Shown piece after piece: positions 29,394 through 40,175 of a DNA stretch of 64,000 nt. The stretch's first letter is position 1. Each line of letters begins with the position of its first letter. The position numbers and the translations under genes are program-made. The notes below the pieces were generated by a model. The model was not told the DNA's origin. It worked only from the letters and a program-made list of their open reading frames with translations, and made no database searches. Source of the DNA: Bacteroidia bacterium (GTDB lineage: Bacteria; Bacteroidota; Bacteroidia; AKYH767-A; OLB10); assembly GCA_044230205.1 (NCBI GenBank), contig JBGARN010000002.1:10479-74478 (forward strand), read 5' to 3'.

Positions 29394-30506
29394 TTAAAGC
29401 AACCTGTACATTTTGCCGGGGAGCGATTTAATTATGCCGTTAAACTCCAGGTTTAGCAAAGCTGCTGCAATTTTACTGCTTTGAAGGTTACTTTTTAAAA
29501 TAAGCGAGTCAATGTCAGCCGGACCGTTATCAGATAATAATGTCACTAATTGCTTTTCTTCATTATTAAGTTCAATAAACAATTTCTGCTGCTTCTCCGG
29601 TACTTTCTTTGATTCCTTTTGTTCCCATCCCATTATGTAAACAATATCAGCAGCCGTTTCAATCAATGCAGCTTTATTGATTTTAATATAATGATTACAA
29701 CCGCGTGAATAAACATCATCTACCCTGCCCGGCAAAGCAAAAACATCACGATTATAATTGTTGGCAATTTCAGCAGTTATTAATGCTCCACCGGTTACAC
29801 CCGCTTCAATTACTACTACAGCATCGCTTATACCGGCTACAATTCGGTTTCGCGATGGAAAATTTTCACGATCAGGAATGGTGCCACTCATATATTCGGT
29901 AAGTAAACCACCCTGTTCAACCATTTTTTGCGCAGTAGATTTGTGAGCTGTAGGATAAATACGATCTAACCCGTGTGCCAATACAGCAATGGTGTTCAGG
30001 TTATTTTTTAATGCTGCCTTGTGGGAACAAATATCAATGCCATATGCCAAACCACTTATTATTGTTACATTATATGCAGCAAGATCAGCTATAAGATTCT
30101 CTGTTTGTTCTTTTCCATAACTGGTTGCATTGCGCGTGCCAACAAATGCAACTGTGCGTGAACTGTTTAGATTTTCATTGCCTTTAAAATAAAGTAACAC
30201 CGGTGCGTCAATACAGTTTTTAAGCCGTTCAGGATATTCTTTATCCAATATAAAAACAGGCTTGATTTTATATTTCTGGATAAATTGAATTTCATCTTCG
30301 GCCCTTTTGAAATCAGAAAAAGATCGGATTGACTTTGCAATCACGCTACCAACCCCCGGAATTTTTTCAAGGTTAGTTACTTTTTCGCGGAACACAGCCT
30401 CCACGCCTCCACAGTAACTGATCAGGTTTTTTGCGAGTACCGGCCCAACATTTTTTATTAGGGTAATTGCTATTCGGTATTTCAGTTGCTCATCACTGGT
30501 TTTCAT
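29394..30506 (-). CDS. dprA: DNA-processing protein DprA
   Basis: 370 aa. Rossmann-like core VGTRNATSYG...IISGLAYGIDICSHKAAL...GRVDD, with a C-terminal wHTH-like tail. Confidence 0.9.
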   Translation of the reverse strand: MKTSDEQLKYRIAITLIKNVGPVLAKNLISYCGGVEAVFREKVTNLEKIPGVGSVIAKSIRSFSDFKRAEDEIQFIQKYKIKPVFILDKEYPERLKNCIDAPVLLYFKGNENLNSSRTVAFVGTRNATSYGKEQTENLIADLAAYNVTIISGLAYGIDICSHKAALKNNLNTIAVLAHGLDRIYPTAHKSTAQKMVEQGGLLTEYMSGTIPDRENFPSRNRIVAGISDAVVVIEAGVTGGALITAEIANNYNRDVFALPGRVDDVYSRGCNHYIKINKAALIETAADIVYIMGWEQKESKKVPEKQQKLFIELNNEEKQLVTLLSDNGPADIDSLILKSNLQSSKIAAALLNLEFNGIIKSLPGKMYRLL

Positions 30507-30795
30507 TCAACAATTAAGATTTGAAAGGACAAAATGAAAACTAAATATCAATAATGCAATTTCAATTCTAACAATAAACTGCTTTTAAAATACATTTTTG
30601 CCGATTAAAAAAAATATCAATATTGCAAATGCAATTATTCAGGCTTTATCATTATGTTCTTCATTGCACTTTGTTTCTTATGGCAATAAGTATTTGTCAA
30701 TAAAATGAAAATTAATGCTAAAGGTGAATTACTTCATTATCACAATTTAAAACCACACAACAGGATGTTGCATGTATTGAACTTATAAAACTGCA

Positions 30796-33054
30796 ATGAA
30801 AAAAATACTGCTATTCATTTTTGTATGCATTTTAATAAACCATTTACATGCACAAATGCCTGAAATTACTGGTATTGTACTAGATGTGGATACGCGCGAG
30901 CCACTGGTTGGTGTTAGTATATTGATAGAGGATTCATCAGGTACCATTACCGATGAAGCCGGTAAATATCGTTTGCAGTTAAAACCAGGTGAACATCGGT
31001 TAACCTTCAGATACCTCGGCTATAACCCCTACTATACGCAGATTAATTTAAAACCGGCTGCAGCATTAATTGTAAATGCCGCATTGAAAAACTCTTCAAA
31101 AGAACTTAACCCTGTGGTGGTAAGTGCAAGTAAGTTTGAACAAAAACTGAATGAGGTTGTGGTTTCAATGGCTGTAATCTCGCCTCAATTGCTGCAGAGT
31201 ACTAATAAAATAACATTAGATGAAGCCATAGACCAGGTGCCTGGTGTAACGGTAATTGATGGACAGGCTAATATTCGTGGTGGCAGCGGATTCAGTTACG
31301 GAGCAGGGAGCAGGGTAATGATGCTGGTTGATGAAATGCCATTGCTTGCTGCTGATGCCAATGATGTAAAGTGGAGTTTTCTTCCTGTGGAAAGCATGAA
31401 TCAGGCCGAGGTAATTAAGGGAGCATCGTCTGCAATGTTCGGGTCATCTGCCATGAATGGGGTAATCAACATGCGAACTAAATATCCAACATCTAAGCCT
31501 GTAACGATAGTTGAAATGTATTGTTCGGTATATGATATCCCGGCTTATTACCAGTGGTACGATAACAAGCAGCTTCATATGCAAAGCGGAACCAATTTTA
31601 ATCATTCGCAGCAAATCGGACAGTTTGATTTGGTAATGGGCGGGCAGGTCTTTAAAGACGATGGTTACCGTTTAGCAGAATCAGAACAACGTTTGAGGGG
31701 CAATGCCTCATTACGCTATCGTTTTAAAAATATTAACGGACTTTCCGTTGTTGCCCGCACCAATATACAACAGGCAAAAGGAGGTTTATTTTTGATCTGG
31801 CAGGATGATACCACCGGTGCCCTTGTTCCTTTTGGAGGTTTGGATACTGCCACCACCACCATTAGTAATTATACTACAACAAGATATTACATAGATAATG
31901 AATGGAGTTATTTCTCTCCTCATGGCGCACAGCATAAATTAAAAGGCCGGTATTTTTTTACTAATAATAAAAACAATACCAACCAGCAAAGCACCGGTAA
32001 AGCTACATATGCAGAATACCAGTTTCAGAAAAAATTTGTTGATATGGTTACCTTAACATCAGGAGGTGTTTTTCAGTATAATGATGTGGTTAGTCAATTG
32101 TATGGCAATCATTATTCCTCCAATTTTGCATTGTATGCACAAGCCGATTTGAAATATGATCGTTTTAATATTTCTGCCGGTGGCAGAATAGAAGGTAATA
32201 AGCTGGACAAAGAAAAAGGCGACCCCGTTCCGGTTTTTCGCACCGGGGTTAACTATGCTCTTACAGCTACTACTAACATAAGGGCTTCATACGGACAGGG
32301 ATACCGTTACCCAAGCATTGCCGAAAAATATGTTCGCACACAAGTGGGCAACATAGTAATTTATCCGAATGATTCGGTGGAGAGTGAAACCGGATGGAGC
32401 GCAGAAATAGGATTGCAGCAGGGATTTAAAATAAGTAATTTTAAAGGCTATGCTGATGCAGCAGCATTTGTAAACCGGTATAGCAACATGATGGAATTTA
32501 CTTTTGGAGCATACGGTAATCCTGCAACGGATCCATTGTTCGGGTTAGGATTCCGTTCAGTTAACGTGGGCAATACACGCATTTCGGGTATTGACCTTAC
32601 CCTGGCAGGTGATGGAAATATTGGTTTAACACCGCTTAGTATGCTGGTAGGTTATACGTATATTGATCCTATTCAAACTGATTTTGATCCCGCTAAAGAC
32701 ACTATTCTTAATTCTTCAACAGAAAACGTTTTAAAATACAGGTATCGTCATTTGTTTAAAGCCGATGTTCAGGTAGGTATTGGTGATTTCAGCCTAGGAG
32801 GAAGCTCACGCTTTTACAGCTACATGGAAAATATTGATAAGCCCTTCCTCATTTTTATTCCGGGTATCAAACATTACCGTGACACACATCCAAAAGGCAA
32901 TTGGGTTTTTGATGCCCGCATCAGTTACAGGTTAGATAAAAGTCTTAGCTGTGGATTCCTGGTTAAGAATGTATTTAACCACATTTACGTAATGCGCCCT
33001 TCTGATGTTCAGCCGGTAAGAACATTTACGGTACAGGTAATTTTCAATTACTAA
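30796..33054 (+). CDS. TonB-dependent receptor with N-terminal carboxypeptidase-regulatory-like domain
   Basis: 752 aa: ITGIVLDVDTREPLVGVSILI...YLGYNP (CarbopepD_reg), plug (GVTVIDGQANIRGGSG, EVIKGASSAMFGSSAMNGVINMRTK), beta-barrel, C-terminal F-N-Y. Confidence 0.85.
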   Translation: MKKILLFIFVCILINHLHAQMPEITGIVLDVDTREPLVGVSILIEDSSGTITDEAGKYRLQLKPGEHRLTFRYLGYNPYYTQINLKPAAALIVNAALKNSSKELNPVVVSASKFEQKLNEVVVSMAVISPQLLQSTNKITLDEAIDQVPGVTVIDGQANIRGGSGFSYGAGSRVMMLVDEMPLLAADANDVKWSFLPVESMNQAEVIKGASSAMFGSSAMNGVINMRTKYPTSKPVTIVEMYCSVYDIPAYYQWYDNKQLHMQSGTNFNHSQQIGQFDLVMGGQVFKDDGYRLAESEQRLRGNASLRYRFKNINGLSVVARTNIQQAKGGLFLIWQDDTTGALVPFGGLDTATTTISNYTTTRYYIDNEWSYFSPHGAQHKLKGRYFFTNNKNNTNQQSTGKATYAEYQFQKKFVDMVTLTSGGVFQYNDVVSQLYGNHYSSNFALYAQADLKYDRFNISAGGRIEGNKLDKEKGDPVPVFRTGVNYALTATTNIRASYGQGYRYPSIAEKYVRTQVGNIVIYPNDSVESETGWSAEIGLQQGFKISNFKGYADAAAFVNRYSNMMEFTFGAYGNPATDPLFGLGFRSVNVGNTRISGIDLTLAGDGNIGLTPLSMLVGYTYIDPIQTDFDPAKDTILNSSTENVLKYRYRHLFKADVQVGIGDFSLGGSSRFYSYMENIDKPFLIFIPGIKHYRDTHPKGNWVFDARISYRLDKSLSCGFLVKNVFNHIYVMRPSDVQPVRTFTVQVIFNY

Positions 33055-33521
33055 AGTTGTTCGTGGGTTTGCCTGGTGTATTTGGTTACTTCTACACCAA
33101 ATCTCGATAAAAAATCAAGTCCTTCTTCAATACCGTGACCCTTATACTCAGCATATGAATGGAGATAGATTACCTTTTTAATTCCCATTGTAAATACAGT
33201 ACGGGCACATGCAAGACAGGGAGATAAGGTAAGATAGAGCGTAGCTCCTTCAATAGTTACTTTATTTTTTGCTGCATATAAAATTGCATTTTCCTCGGCA
33301 TGGAGTGCCAGTGAGCAACCTCCTTTGACCGATCGGGGGCAGCCTTCTTCTGGCCATTCTTCATCGCAGTTATGTGTATGTGCCGGTGGGCCATTATAAC
33401 CCAGCGAAATAATGCGTGTATCCTTTGTAAGTACTGCGCCCACTTTCATTTTAACACAATGCGACTTTAATGCAATGCGTTCCGCAAGCTCCATGTATAT
33501 ATCATCAAAAGTGAGTTTCAT
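33051..33521 (-). CDS. dCMP deaminase (ComEB-type cytidine/deoxycytidylate deaminase)
   Basis: 156 aa with zinc motifs HAEENAI and PCLACA. Confidence 0.85.
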   Translation of the reverse strand: MKLTFDDIYMELAERIALKSHCVKMKVGAVLTKDTRIISLGYNGPPAHTHNCDEEWPEEGCPRSVKGGCSLALHAEENAILYAAKNKVTIEGATLYLTLSPCLACARTVFTMGIKKVIYLHSYAEYKGHGIEEGLDFLSRFGVEVTKYTRQTHEQL

Positions 33522-33637
33522 TGTTTGTTTTCGATTGTTATTTGCTGTAAAACGTTAACGCTTATTACGAGGCGCTGATTAATCAAAGCTATACCTTCAG
33601 GTATTGATTACTAAGAGCGATTCAAATCATAAGCTAA

Positions 33638-35800
33638 TTACTTCACCAGTTCCATTTCATCTATAAGATTTTTTGCTCCTGCATATTTGTCAATTATAAA
33701 CAAGGTATAACGTATATCAAGAGTTATGTTGCGGCATCGATCAGGATCAAACATAATATCACTCATCGTGCCCTCCCATACCCGGTCGAAATTTGTTCCT
33801 ATGAGTTGTCCGTTTGCATTAAGCACCGGGCTGCCTGAGTTGCCCCCGGTTGTATGATTCGTGGCGATAAAGGCAACAGGCACTTCTCCATTTACTGCAT
33901 ACTGCCCAAAGTCTTTTTTCTCATACAATTCTATTAGTTTTTTAGGCAAGTCAAAATCCTCATCACCTGAAACATATTTTTCTATGGCTCCGCTGAGATT
34001 GGTTTGTGGTGTGTAATAAACTCCATCGCGCGGGTAGTAACCTTTTACATTTCCATATGCTATCCGCAAGGTTGAATTAGCATCAGGATAAAAAACCTTG
34101 TCTTTCATAAACTCACGTTGCGCCTGCATGTAAGTACGATTCAGCTTTATAATGCTTTCATTTATTTTGTTTACCTTATCAACTACTACTTCATCATATG
34201 CTGTACTTATTGCATCGTATAGGGCATAAGCAGGATCGGCTGTAATTTTCTTTAGCGATTTACGCTTAAAGTTTTTCAAAACTGCTTCCACCTTTTCCTG
34301 CGATGTCATAAATGATTTTTCGAATACCAAATCAGCATATTTATTAAAATCGCCATTGTATTTCATCACCTGCTGTTCCAGATAATCAGGTTGATAAGTT
34401 TGTGCTACACTGTCACTGTACATTTTCATTAGCCGTGAAAAAACTTCTTTGTCAATTGCTACGCGGTAATTTTTAAAAAATCCTTGCGAACTTTTAATAA
34501 TCTTCTGAGCTTTTGCGGCAATTACAGAGTCAGCTATGGTGTCATTTTTACACAAATCAACCAGTTCATTATAATTAGCTGCATAGTTCATCAACTCAAC
34601 ACCGTTTGTTGCTTCGTTAGTAAAATCAACCGTCTTGGCCAGCGGGCGATACTGATCATAAGCACTCTTTAATTCATCAAGCAACCCGGCATATTTTTTA
34701 CCTTCAGCAGCTGTTGATGTCCATTGCCTGAATGTATTTTCAAATTGCTGCTTTTTACCTACTGCATTATTTTTCTTTAACCCTATCATTTCACCATTCC
34801 ACTTCTTATAAGCATTAGCCAGTCTGCGAACTTTTGGTGAATACTGTAGTCTGATGGTATCATTACCATGCATGGCATCATCAATAATTTTAATGCGGGC
34901 TTCGCGTATAGCAACACGGTTAGGGTTAGAAATATTCTGAGTAATATCTACTGCATATGACGACAAGTATTCCGTTGTACGCCCCGGAAATCCATAAACC
35001 ATGGTAAAATCACCTTCTTTCACCCCGGCCAGTGAAACAGGAAAGTGATAACGTGGTTTAAACGGAACATTGTCTTTTGAATACGCTGCAGGCTTATTTT
35101 CGTTATTGGCATAAATACGGAACATGCTGAAATCCCCAGTATGACGGGGCCAAATCCAATTATCGGTTTCACCACCATAATTACCAACAGATGCAGGAGG
35201 TGTTCCTACCAGCCTGATATCTTTGAATGTTTCCATTACAAAAAGATAGAATTCATTGCCATTATAAAATGACCTTACTGATGCATCATAATGTGTTCCT
35301 TCAACAGCTGCGCGTTCAATACCTGCTGCTACTTCACGTATTTTCTTGCTGCGTTCCTGCTCACTCATTGCATCATTAAGTGCAGAAGTAATTTTACCGG
35401 TTACATCTTCCATACGTATAATAAATGTCACCGTTAGTCCCGGTGCCGGCAATTCATCTTCCATCCTATACGCCCAAAACCCATTTTTTAAATAATCCTT
35501 TTCTATAGAACTTAAACTGGCTATTGAACTAAAGCCACAGTGATGATTAGTTAATAATAATCCTTTAGATGAAATTATTTCGCCTGTGCAGCCTTCGCCA
35601 AAAAGAACCACAGCATCTTTTAAAGAACTTTTGTTCACTGAATAAATATCTTCAGCTGATAGCTTTAATCCTTTGCGCGGCATATCGGCCTCGTTTAATT
35701 GCTTAAGCAGTAAAGGCAACCACATTCCTTCATCGCCATAAACTTTTATAGTGAAAAGAAAAAATGTGCAAATGGTTATAATTTTTGTCAGTCTATTCAT
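33638..35800 (-). CDS. S46-family dipeptidyl-peptidase (DPP7/DPP11-like)
   Basis: 720 aa with N-terminal DEGMWLP, TNHHCG (catalytic His) and TTGGNSGSPVLN (catalytic Ser). Confidence 0.9.
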   Translation of the reverse strand: MNRLTKIITICTFFLFTIKVYGDEGMWLPLLLKQLNEADMPRKGLKLSAEDIYSVNKSSLKDAVVLFGEGCTGEIISSKGLLLTNHHCGFSSIASLSSIEKDYLKNGFWAYRMEDELPAPGLTVTFIIRMEDVTGKITSALNDAMSEQERSKKIREVAAGIERAAVEGTHYDASVRSFYNGNEFYLFVMETFKDIRLVGTPPASVGNYGGETDNWIWPRHTGDFSMFRIYANNENKPAAYSKDNVPFKPRYHFPVSLAGVKEGDFTMVYGFPGRTTEYLSSYAVDITQNISNPNRVAIREARIKIIDDAMHGNDTIRLQYSPKVRRLANAYKKWNGEMIGLKKNNAVGKKQQFENTFRQWTSTAAEGKKYAGLLDELKSAYDQYRPLAKTVDFTNEATNGVELMNYAANYNELVDLCKNDTIADSVIAAKAQKIIKSSQGFFKNYRVAIDKEVFSRLMKMYSDSVAQTYQPDYLEQQVMKYNGDFNKYADLVFEKSFMTSQEKVEAVLKNFKRKSLKKITADPAYALYDAISTAYDEVVVDKVNKINESIIKLNRTYMQAQREFMKDKVFYPDANSTLRIAYGNVKGYYPRDGVYYTPQTNLSGAIEKYVSGDEDFDLPKKLIELYEKKDFGQYAVNGEVPVAFIATNHTTGGNSGSPVLNANGQLIGTNFDRVWEGTMSDIMFDPDRCRNITLDIRYTLFIIDKYAGAKNLIDEMELVK

Positions 35801-35989
35801 AAACAGAAAATTTTTAAGGAAACGAAAATAGTTTTTTATGTATAGCCCAATTCATAAAGGTTACTTAAAATTTCAAGATGCCCGGATTTCAAATCTGTTT
35901 AAAGATTTCTTTAATTTACAGATGTTAAGCTCCATTTACATTGACTGTGTTAGGCGGTGTGAAGTGTCTAATAATTATTCTCTACAGAA

Positions 35990-36370
35990 ATGAAAACTTT
36001 TAAAAAATACTACTTCCTGCCTGCACCGCCCGATGAAGTTTACCTGGCGCTTACTAAACCATTAACTCTTGAAATCTGGACCAATGGAAGTGCGGTAATG
36101 TCAACCGAACCCGGTTCAGAATTTTCAATATTCGATGGTAATATTTCCGGCCGGAATATTGAATTTATTGAAAATAAAAAACTGGTGCAGCAATGGTATT
36201 TTGGCGATCAACCGGAACATTCTATTGTAACAATTAAATTACATCCTGATAAGAAAGGAACATCAGTAGAATTGCTTCATACCAATATTCCCGATGAAGC
36301 TTTTGAAGACATTACAGAAGGCTGGGATAATTCTTATTTTGGATCGCTTGAAGAATTTTTCGGTGACTGA
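35990..36370 (+). CDS. SRPBCC / AHSA1-like domain protein
   Basis: 126 aa. The pattern EVYLALTKP..LEIWT...G..F......G...E...NKKLVQQW is typical of Aha1-like START-fold proteins. Confidence 0.65.
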   Translation: MKTFKKYYFLPAPPDEVYLALTKPLTLEIWTNGSAVMSTEPGSEFSIFDGNISGRNIEFIENKKLVQQWYFGDQPEHSIVTIKLHPDKKGTSVELLHTNIPDEAFEDITEGWDNSYFGSLEEFFGD

Positions 36371-36490
36371 AAGCCCAATTAACTTGTTAAGATGATTAAT
36401 CAATAGTTTTGAGATAATTATATTTGGATTACCGTAAATAAAGATCTTAACTTACATTTTTGTTTTTTTGTTCGGCTGCTATTTTAAAGA

Positions 36491-37249
36491 ATGCAACAGA
36501 TCACGATAAATTCTACTATGCCCTCTGCATTAACTTATATAGGGATTATACCATCCCGATTTGCTTCTACACGATTTCCGGGTAAACCATTAGTTATGAT
36601 TAATGGTAAAAGTATGATAGAGCGCGTTTACAGGCAAGCTATGCTGGCAATTACACTAAATAAAGTAGTGGTGGCAACTGATGATGAGCGTATTTTCAAT
36701 CATGTAATGGAATTTAATGGTAATGTGGTAATGACATCGGCTGAACATCAAAGTGGTACCGACCGCTGTGCTGAAGTAATTGCACAACTTGATGGGCAGT
36801 ATGATGTGGCATTAAATATACAGGGTGATGAACCATACATTCAACCTGAACAAATTGAATTAATTTGTTCGTGCTTTAAACATGAGGAAACGCAAATAGC
36901 TACTTTGGTGAAAGCCGCAACTGATGCTACAGAAATTAATAGTCCAAACATCGTAAAAGCAGTTATTGATAAACATTTAAAGGCATTATACTTCAGCAGG
37001 TATGCTATACCGTTTAACAGAAATAACAACAAGGTTGACTATTTCAAACATATTGGCATTTATGCTTACCGTACAAAAGTTCTAACTGAATTATCCAAAT
37101 TGCCACTTGGTAAACTTGAACAAGCTGAATCGCTTGAACAGTTGCGATGGCTTGAGCACGGATACTCAATACAAACAGCCATAACGCAATTGGAAACAAT
37201 AGCTATAGATATCCCGGCTGATCTTGAAAAACTAAAAGCGTTTAAATAA
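36491..37249 (+). CDS. kdsB: 3-deoxy-manno-octulosonate cytidylyltransferase (CMP-KDO synthetase)
   Basis: 252 aa: IIPSRFASTRFPGKPL, HQSGTDRCAE, NIQGDEP, LEQLRWLEHGY. Confidence 0.9.
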   Translation: MQQITINSTMPSALTYIGIIPSRFASTRFPGKPLVMINGKSMIERVYRQAMLAITLNKVVVATDDERIFNHVMEFNGNVVMTSAEHQSGTDRCAEVIAQLDGQYDVALNIQGDEPYIQPEQIELICSCFKHEETQIATLVKAATDATEINSPNIVKAVIDKHLKALYFSRYAIPFNRNNNKVDYFKHIGIYAYRTKVLTELSKLPLGKLEQAESLEQLRWLEHGYSIQTAITQLETIAIDIPADLEKLKAFK

Positions 37250-38723
37250 TTATACAATCCAATTTAAATAACTATAGTTTGCAACCTTAATTCATTACCT
37301 TGCGTCTTATAACTTAAACTCCGGGGTTATGAGCACCTTCAATAATTTCTTTGGCAGACATATTATACGCTACTATTTATTGTTTGCACCTGTTCTTCTA
37401 TTTTCTCAGATTGGTTACAGTCAGAATCTGCAGAACTTATTTTTTAATTCTTACAGTGATATTGTAAGAATGAATTTCAGTACGGGCACCCCGGTAATCA
37501 GCTATACGGGCATATCCAATGGCTACGAAGCTATAGCGCATGAAGAAGATGGTCTTGGTAATGTGCTGTTTTATGTAAATGCAAATGGAGTATATCGTGC
37601 AAATGGAGTATTAATGCCTGGTTCATCCGGAATTTTTGCCGACCCATCGTCAGCTGAAATTGATATCTGCCCTTTTGTAAATAATCCCGATAAATTTTAC
37701 ATCTTCTACAATTCACAAACCTGTTCCAACTTATCTTACTGCATAGTGGATATGACGCTTGCCGGAGGAGCAGGTGATGTTACTAACCTGAATACACTGT
37801 TAAATGCCAATGATTTTTCGGAAGGCCTGGAAATCGTTAAACGCGATTGTTACAGTTACTGGTTAATTGCCTACCAGTGTAATGCACAGTTTGTGAAATT
37901 TCTTATTGACTCCAATGGTATCGGCAGCATGCAGGGCATATTTAATTATCCGCAACCTTCAGGAGGTTATGATGGCCGTGGTGAATTAGATTTTCATAAC
38001 GGTAAAATGGGAATTGCTTTCGGGTTTATTCCTTATGCATTTGTTTGCGATTTCGATCCCATAGCCGGAACGATCTCTAACCCTGTAACCTTAAATTTTA
38101 CGAATGCTGACCAATTTACAGGCATGTATGGATTAGAGTTTTCGCCTGATGCTTCCAAAGCTTATATTACCAATTGGTACAATGATCAAACTGATAATAT
38201 TTTTCAGTACGACTTTATCACGCAAAATATTCAGAGCTGGAAAAGCAGTAACCAGGCTTCGCAACAAGGCGGAGAAGACGGACCAGGGCAAATTGAACTG
38301 GGAAAAGACAGCAACCTTTATGTGATTAATAATGGAGTGAATGAAATCACTGTAATTTCAAATGCTAATTCAGTAACTCCTACTATTACTCATATTCAGA
38401 CAACATCCATCCTGGCACTTGGAGTTTCAGATTTTATTCAATCTGATTTATTCCATAACAATACCTTCAGTTATCAGAATTATTGCTTTAACGACACCAT
38501 ATTTTTTAATGCAACCGTATATTCCTGCAATGGCGCAGCTGTAAATATTCTGTGGAATTTTGGCGACCCTGCATCAGGAACTGCCAATACCGATACGTCA
38601 TTGGCTACTTACCATTTGTTTACAGGCTCAGGATTTTATACGGTTACCATGATTGTATATGATTCAACATTTACTGATACAGTTACGCAAACCATTAATG
38701 TTTTTGGTGTTTCCCCTTTTAAT

Positions 38724-40175
38724 CTTGGACCTGACACACTTATCTGCAATTCTTCAAGCTATACCATAGGAGCAACCATTCTTGGTGCATCCTACCTGTG
38801 GTCAACAGGGGCTACTACAAGCCATATTACGGTTACAACACCCGGCACCTATTATCTAAAAGCCTCATTAGGTCCATGCTTCGAAATCGACACTATTGTA
38901 ATCAATTTTGCACCCGGACCATCAGTTAATCTTGGCGCAGATACAACACTATGCTATGTAACAGCTTATACCATTGATGCCGGAAATCCCGGAATGAACT
39001 ACCTGTGGAGCAATGGATCAACTGACCAGGTAATTAACATTAATTCAACCGGAACCTATACAGTAACTGTTACCAATGGCATTTGCACACAAACTGATAG
39101 TATCTTGGTTAATTTGTTTAATCCACCTCCTTTGTTTTTGGGTAATGATGATGTATTGTGCACAGGTGACAGCATAATAATTGGCTACCCGGTTACTAAT
39201 GCTTCCTATTTATGGAATAATGGAGCCACAACTGCTCAACTTACTATAACTTCTGCGGGCACCTATATTCAAACTGTAACTATTGGTTCATGCACAGCCA
39301 CCGATACACTTTCGCTTAATTTTGTCCCCGAACCGGTTATCAACCTTGGGCCCGATTCACTTCTATGCAATACTCCATCATTAATTTTAGATGCAGGAAG
39401 CAATCCGGGCTATACTTATTTATGGAGCACCGGTGAAACTACATATTCAATTGTAGCAAATTCAACAACCACCTATACTGTAACTGTTAATAATGGCACT
39501 TGCGACCGTACTGATGCGATTAGTCTTACCTTTGCTGAAGTTCTTCCATTCTCATTGGGCAATGACACAACTGCTTGCCAGGGTACATCAGTTCAATTTA
39601 GCTCTTCAGCCACTAATGTTAATTTCCTCTGGAGCACGGGCGATACCACATCTTCAATTAATGTGACAAACAGCGGCACCTACTGGCTTACTACTTTTGT
39701 AGGAAGTTGCAGCCAGGGCGATACCATTACTATTAGTTTTATACAGCAGCCTTTAGTTGATTTAGGAAATGACACTGTATTCTGCGAAGGATCAATTTAT
39801 CAACTGGATGCCGGAAATCCGGGTGCATCTTACCAATGGAGTAATGGCAGTACTTCACAACAGATTGCTGTTGCACAATCAGGTACCTATACGGTGGTAG
39901 TTAGCGTGGCTAATTGTTTCGATTCTGATACCGCTGTGGTTACAGTAGAAACCAAACCAGCTGTTGATTTAGGTAACGATAAATATATCTGTTCAGGAAT
40001 CCCGGTTTCCTTAAATGCTCCCGGTTTCCTTAAATGCTCCGGTATTAACAGGTTACCAGTATCTGTGGTCTAACGGTGCTTCTACGTCTTCCATCCAGGT
40101 AACCGATTCAGGCTTGTATTATGTAAATATGCAAAACGGCATTTGTACCGGCAGCGACAGCATTAACGTATTTAA
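38724..40175 (+). repeat. Seven tandem ~70-codon modules (LG.D..C ... Y.WS.G.T...I.V...G.Y.V......C...D.I.V)
   Basis: The modules start LGPDTLIC, LGADTTLC, LGNDDVLC, LGPDSLLC, LGNDTTAC, LGNDTVFC and LGNDKYIC. Each has two conserved Cys and a (Y/F)(L/Q)W(S/N).G motif (YLWS.G in four of the seven). Confidence 0.85.
40000..40040 (+). repeat. Perfect 19-bp tandem duplication (CCGGTTTCCTTAAATGCTC x2; period-19 identity spans 41 nt)
   Basis: 40002-40020 is identical to 40021-40039. 19 is not a multiple of 3, so it creates a +1 frameshift inside module 7 of the type-B cargo gene. Confidence 0.95.

Noticed and set aside
30507-30795. Possible riboswitch (for example cobalamin) upstream of the TonB-dependent receptor
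   Set aside because: No conserved riboswitch core motif or extended GC-rich helices are visible. The region is uniformly AT-rich.
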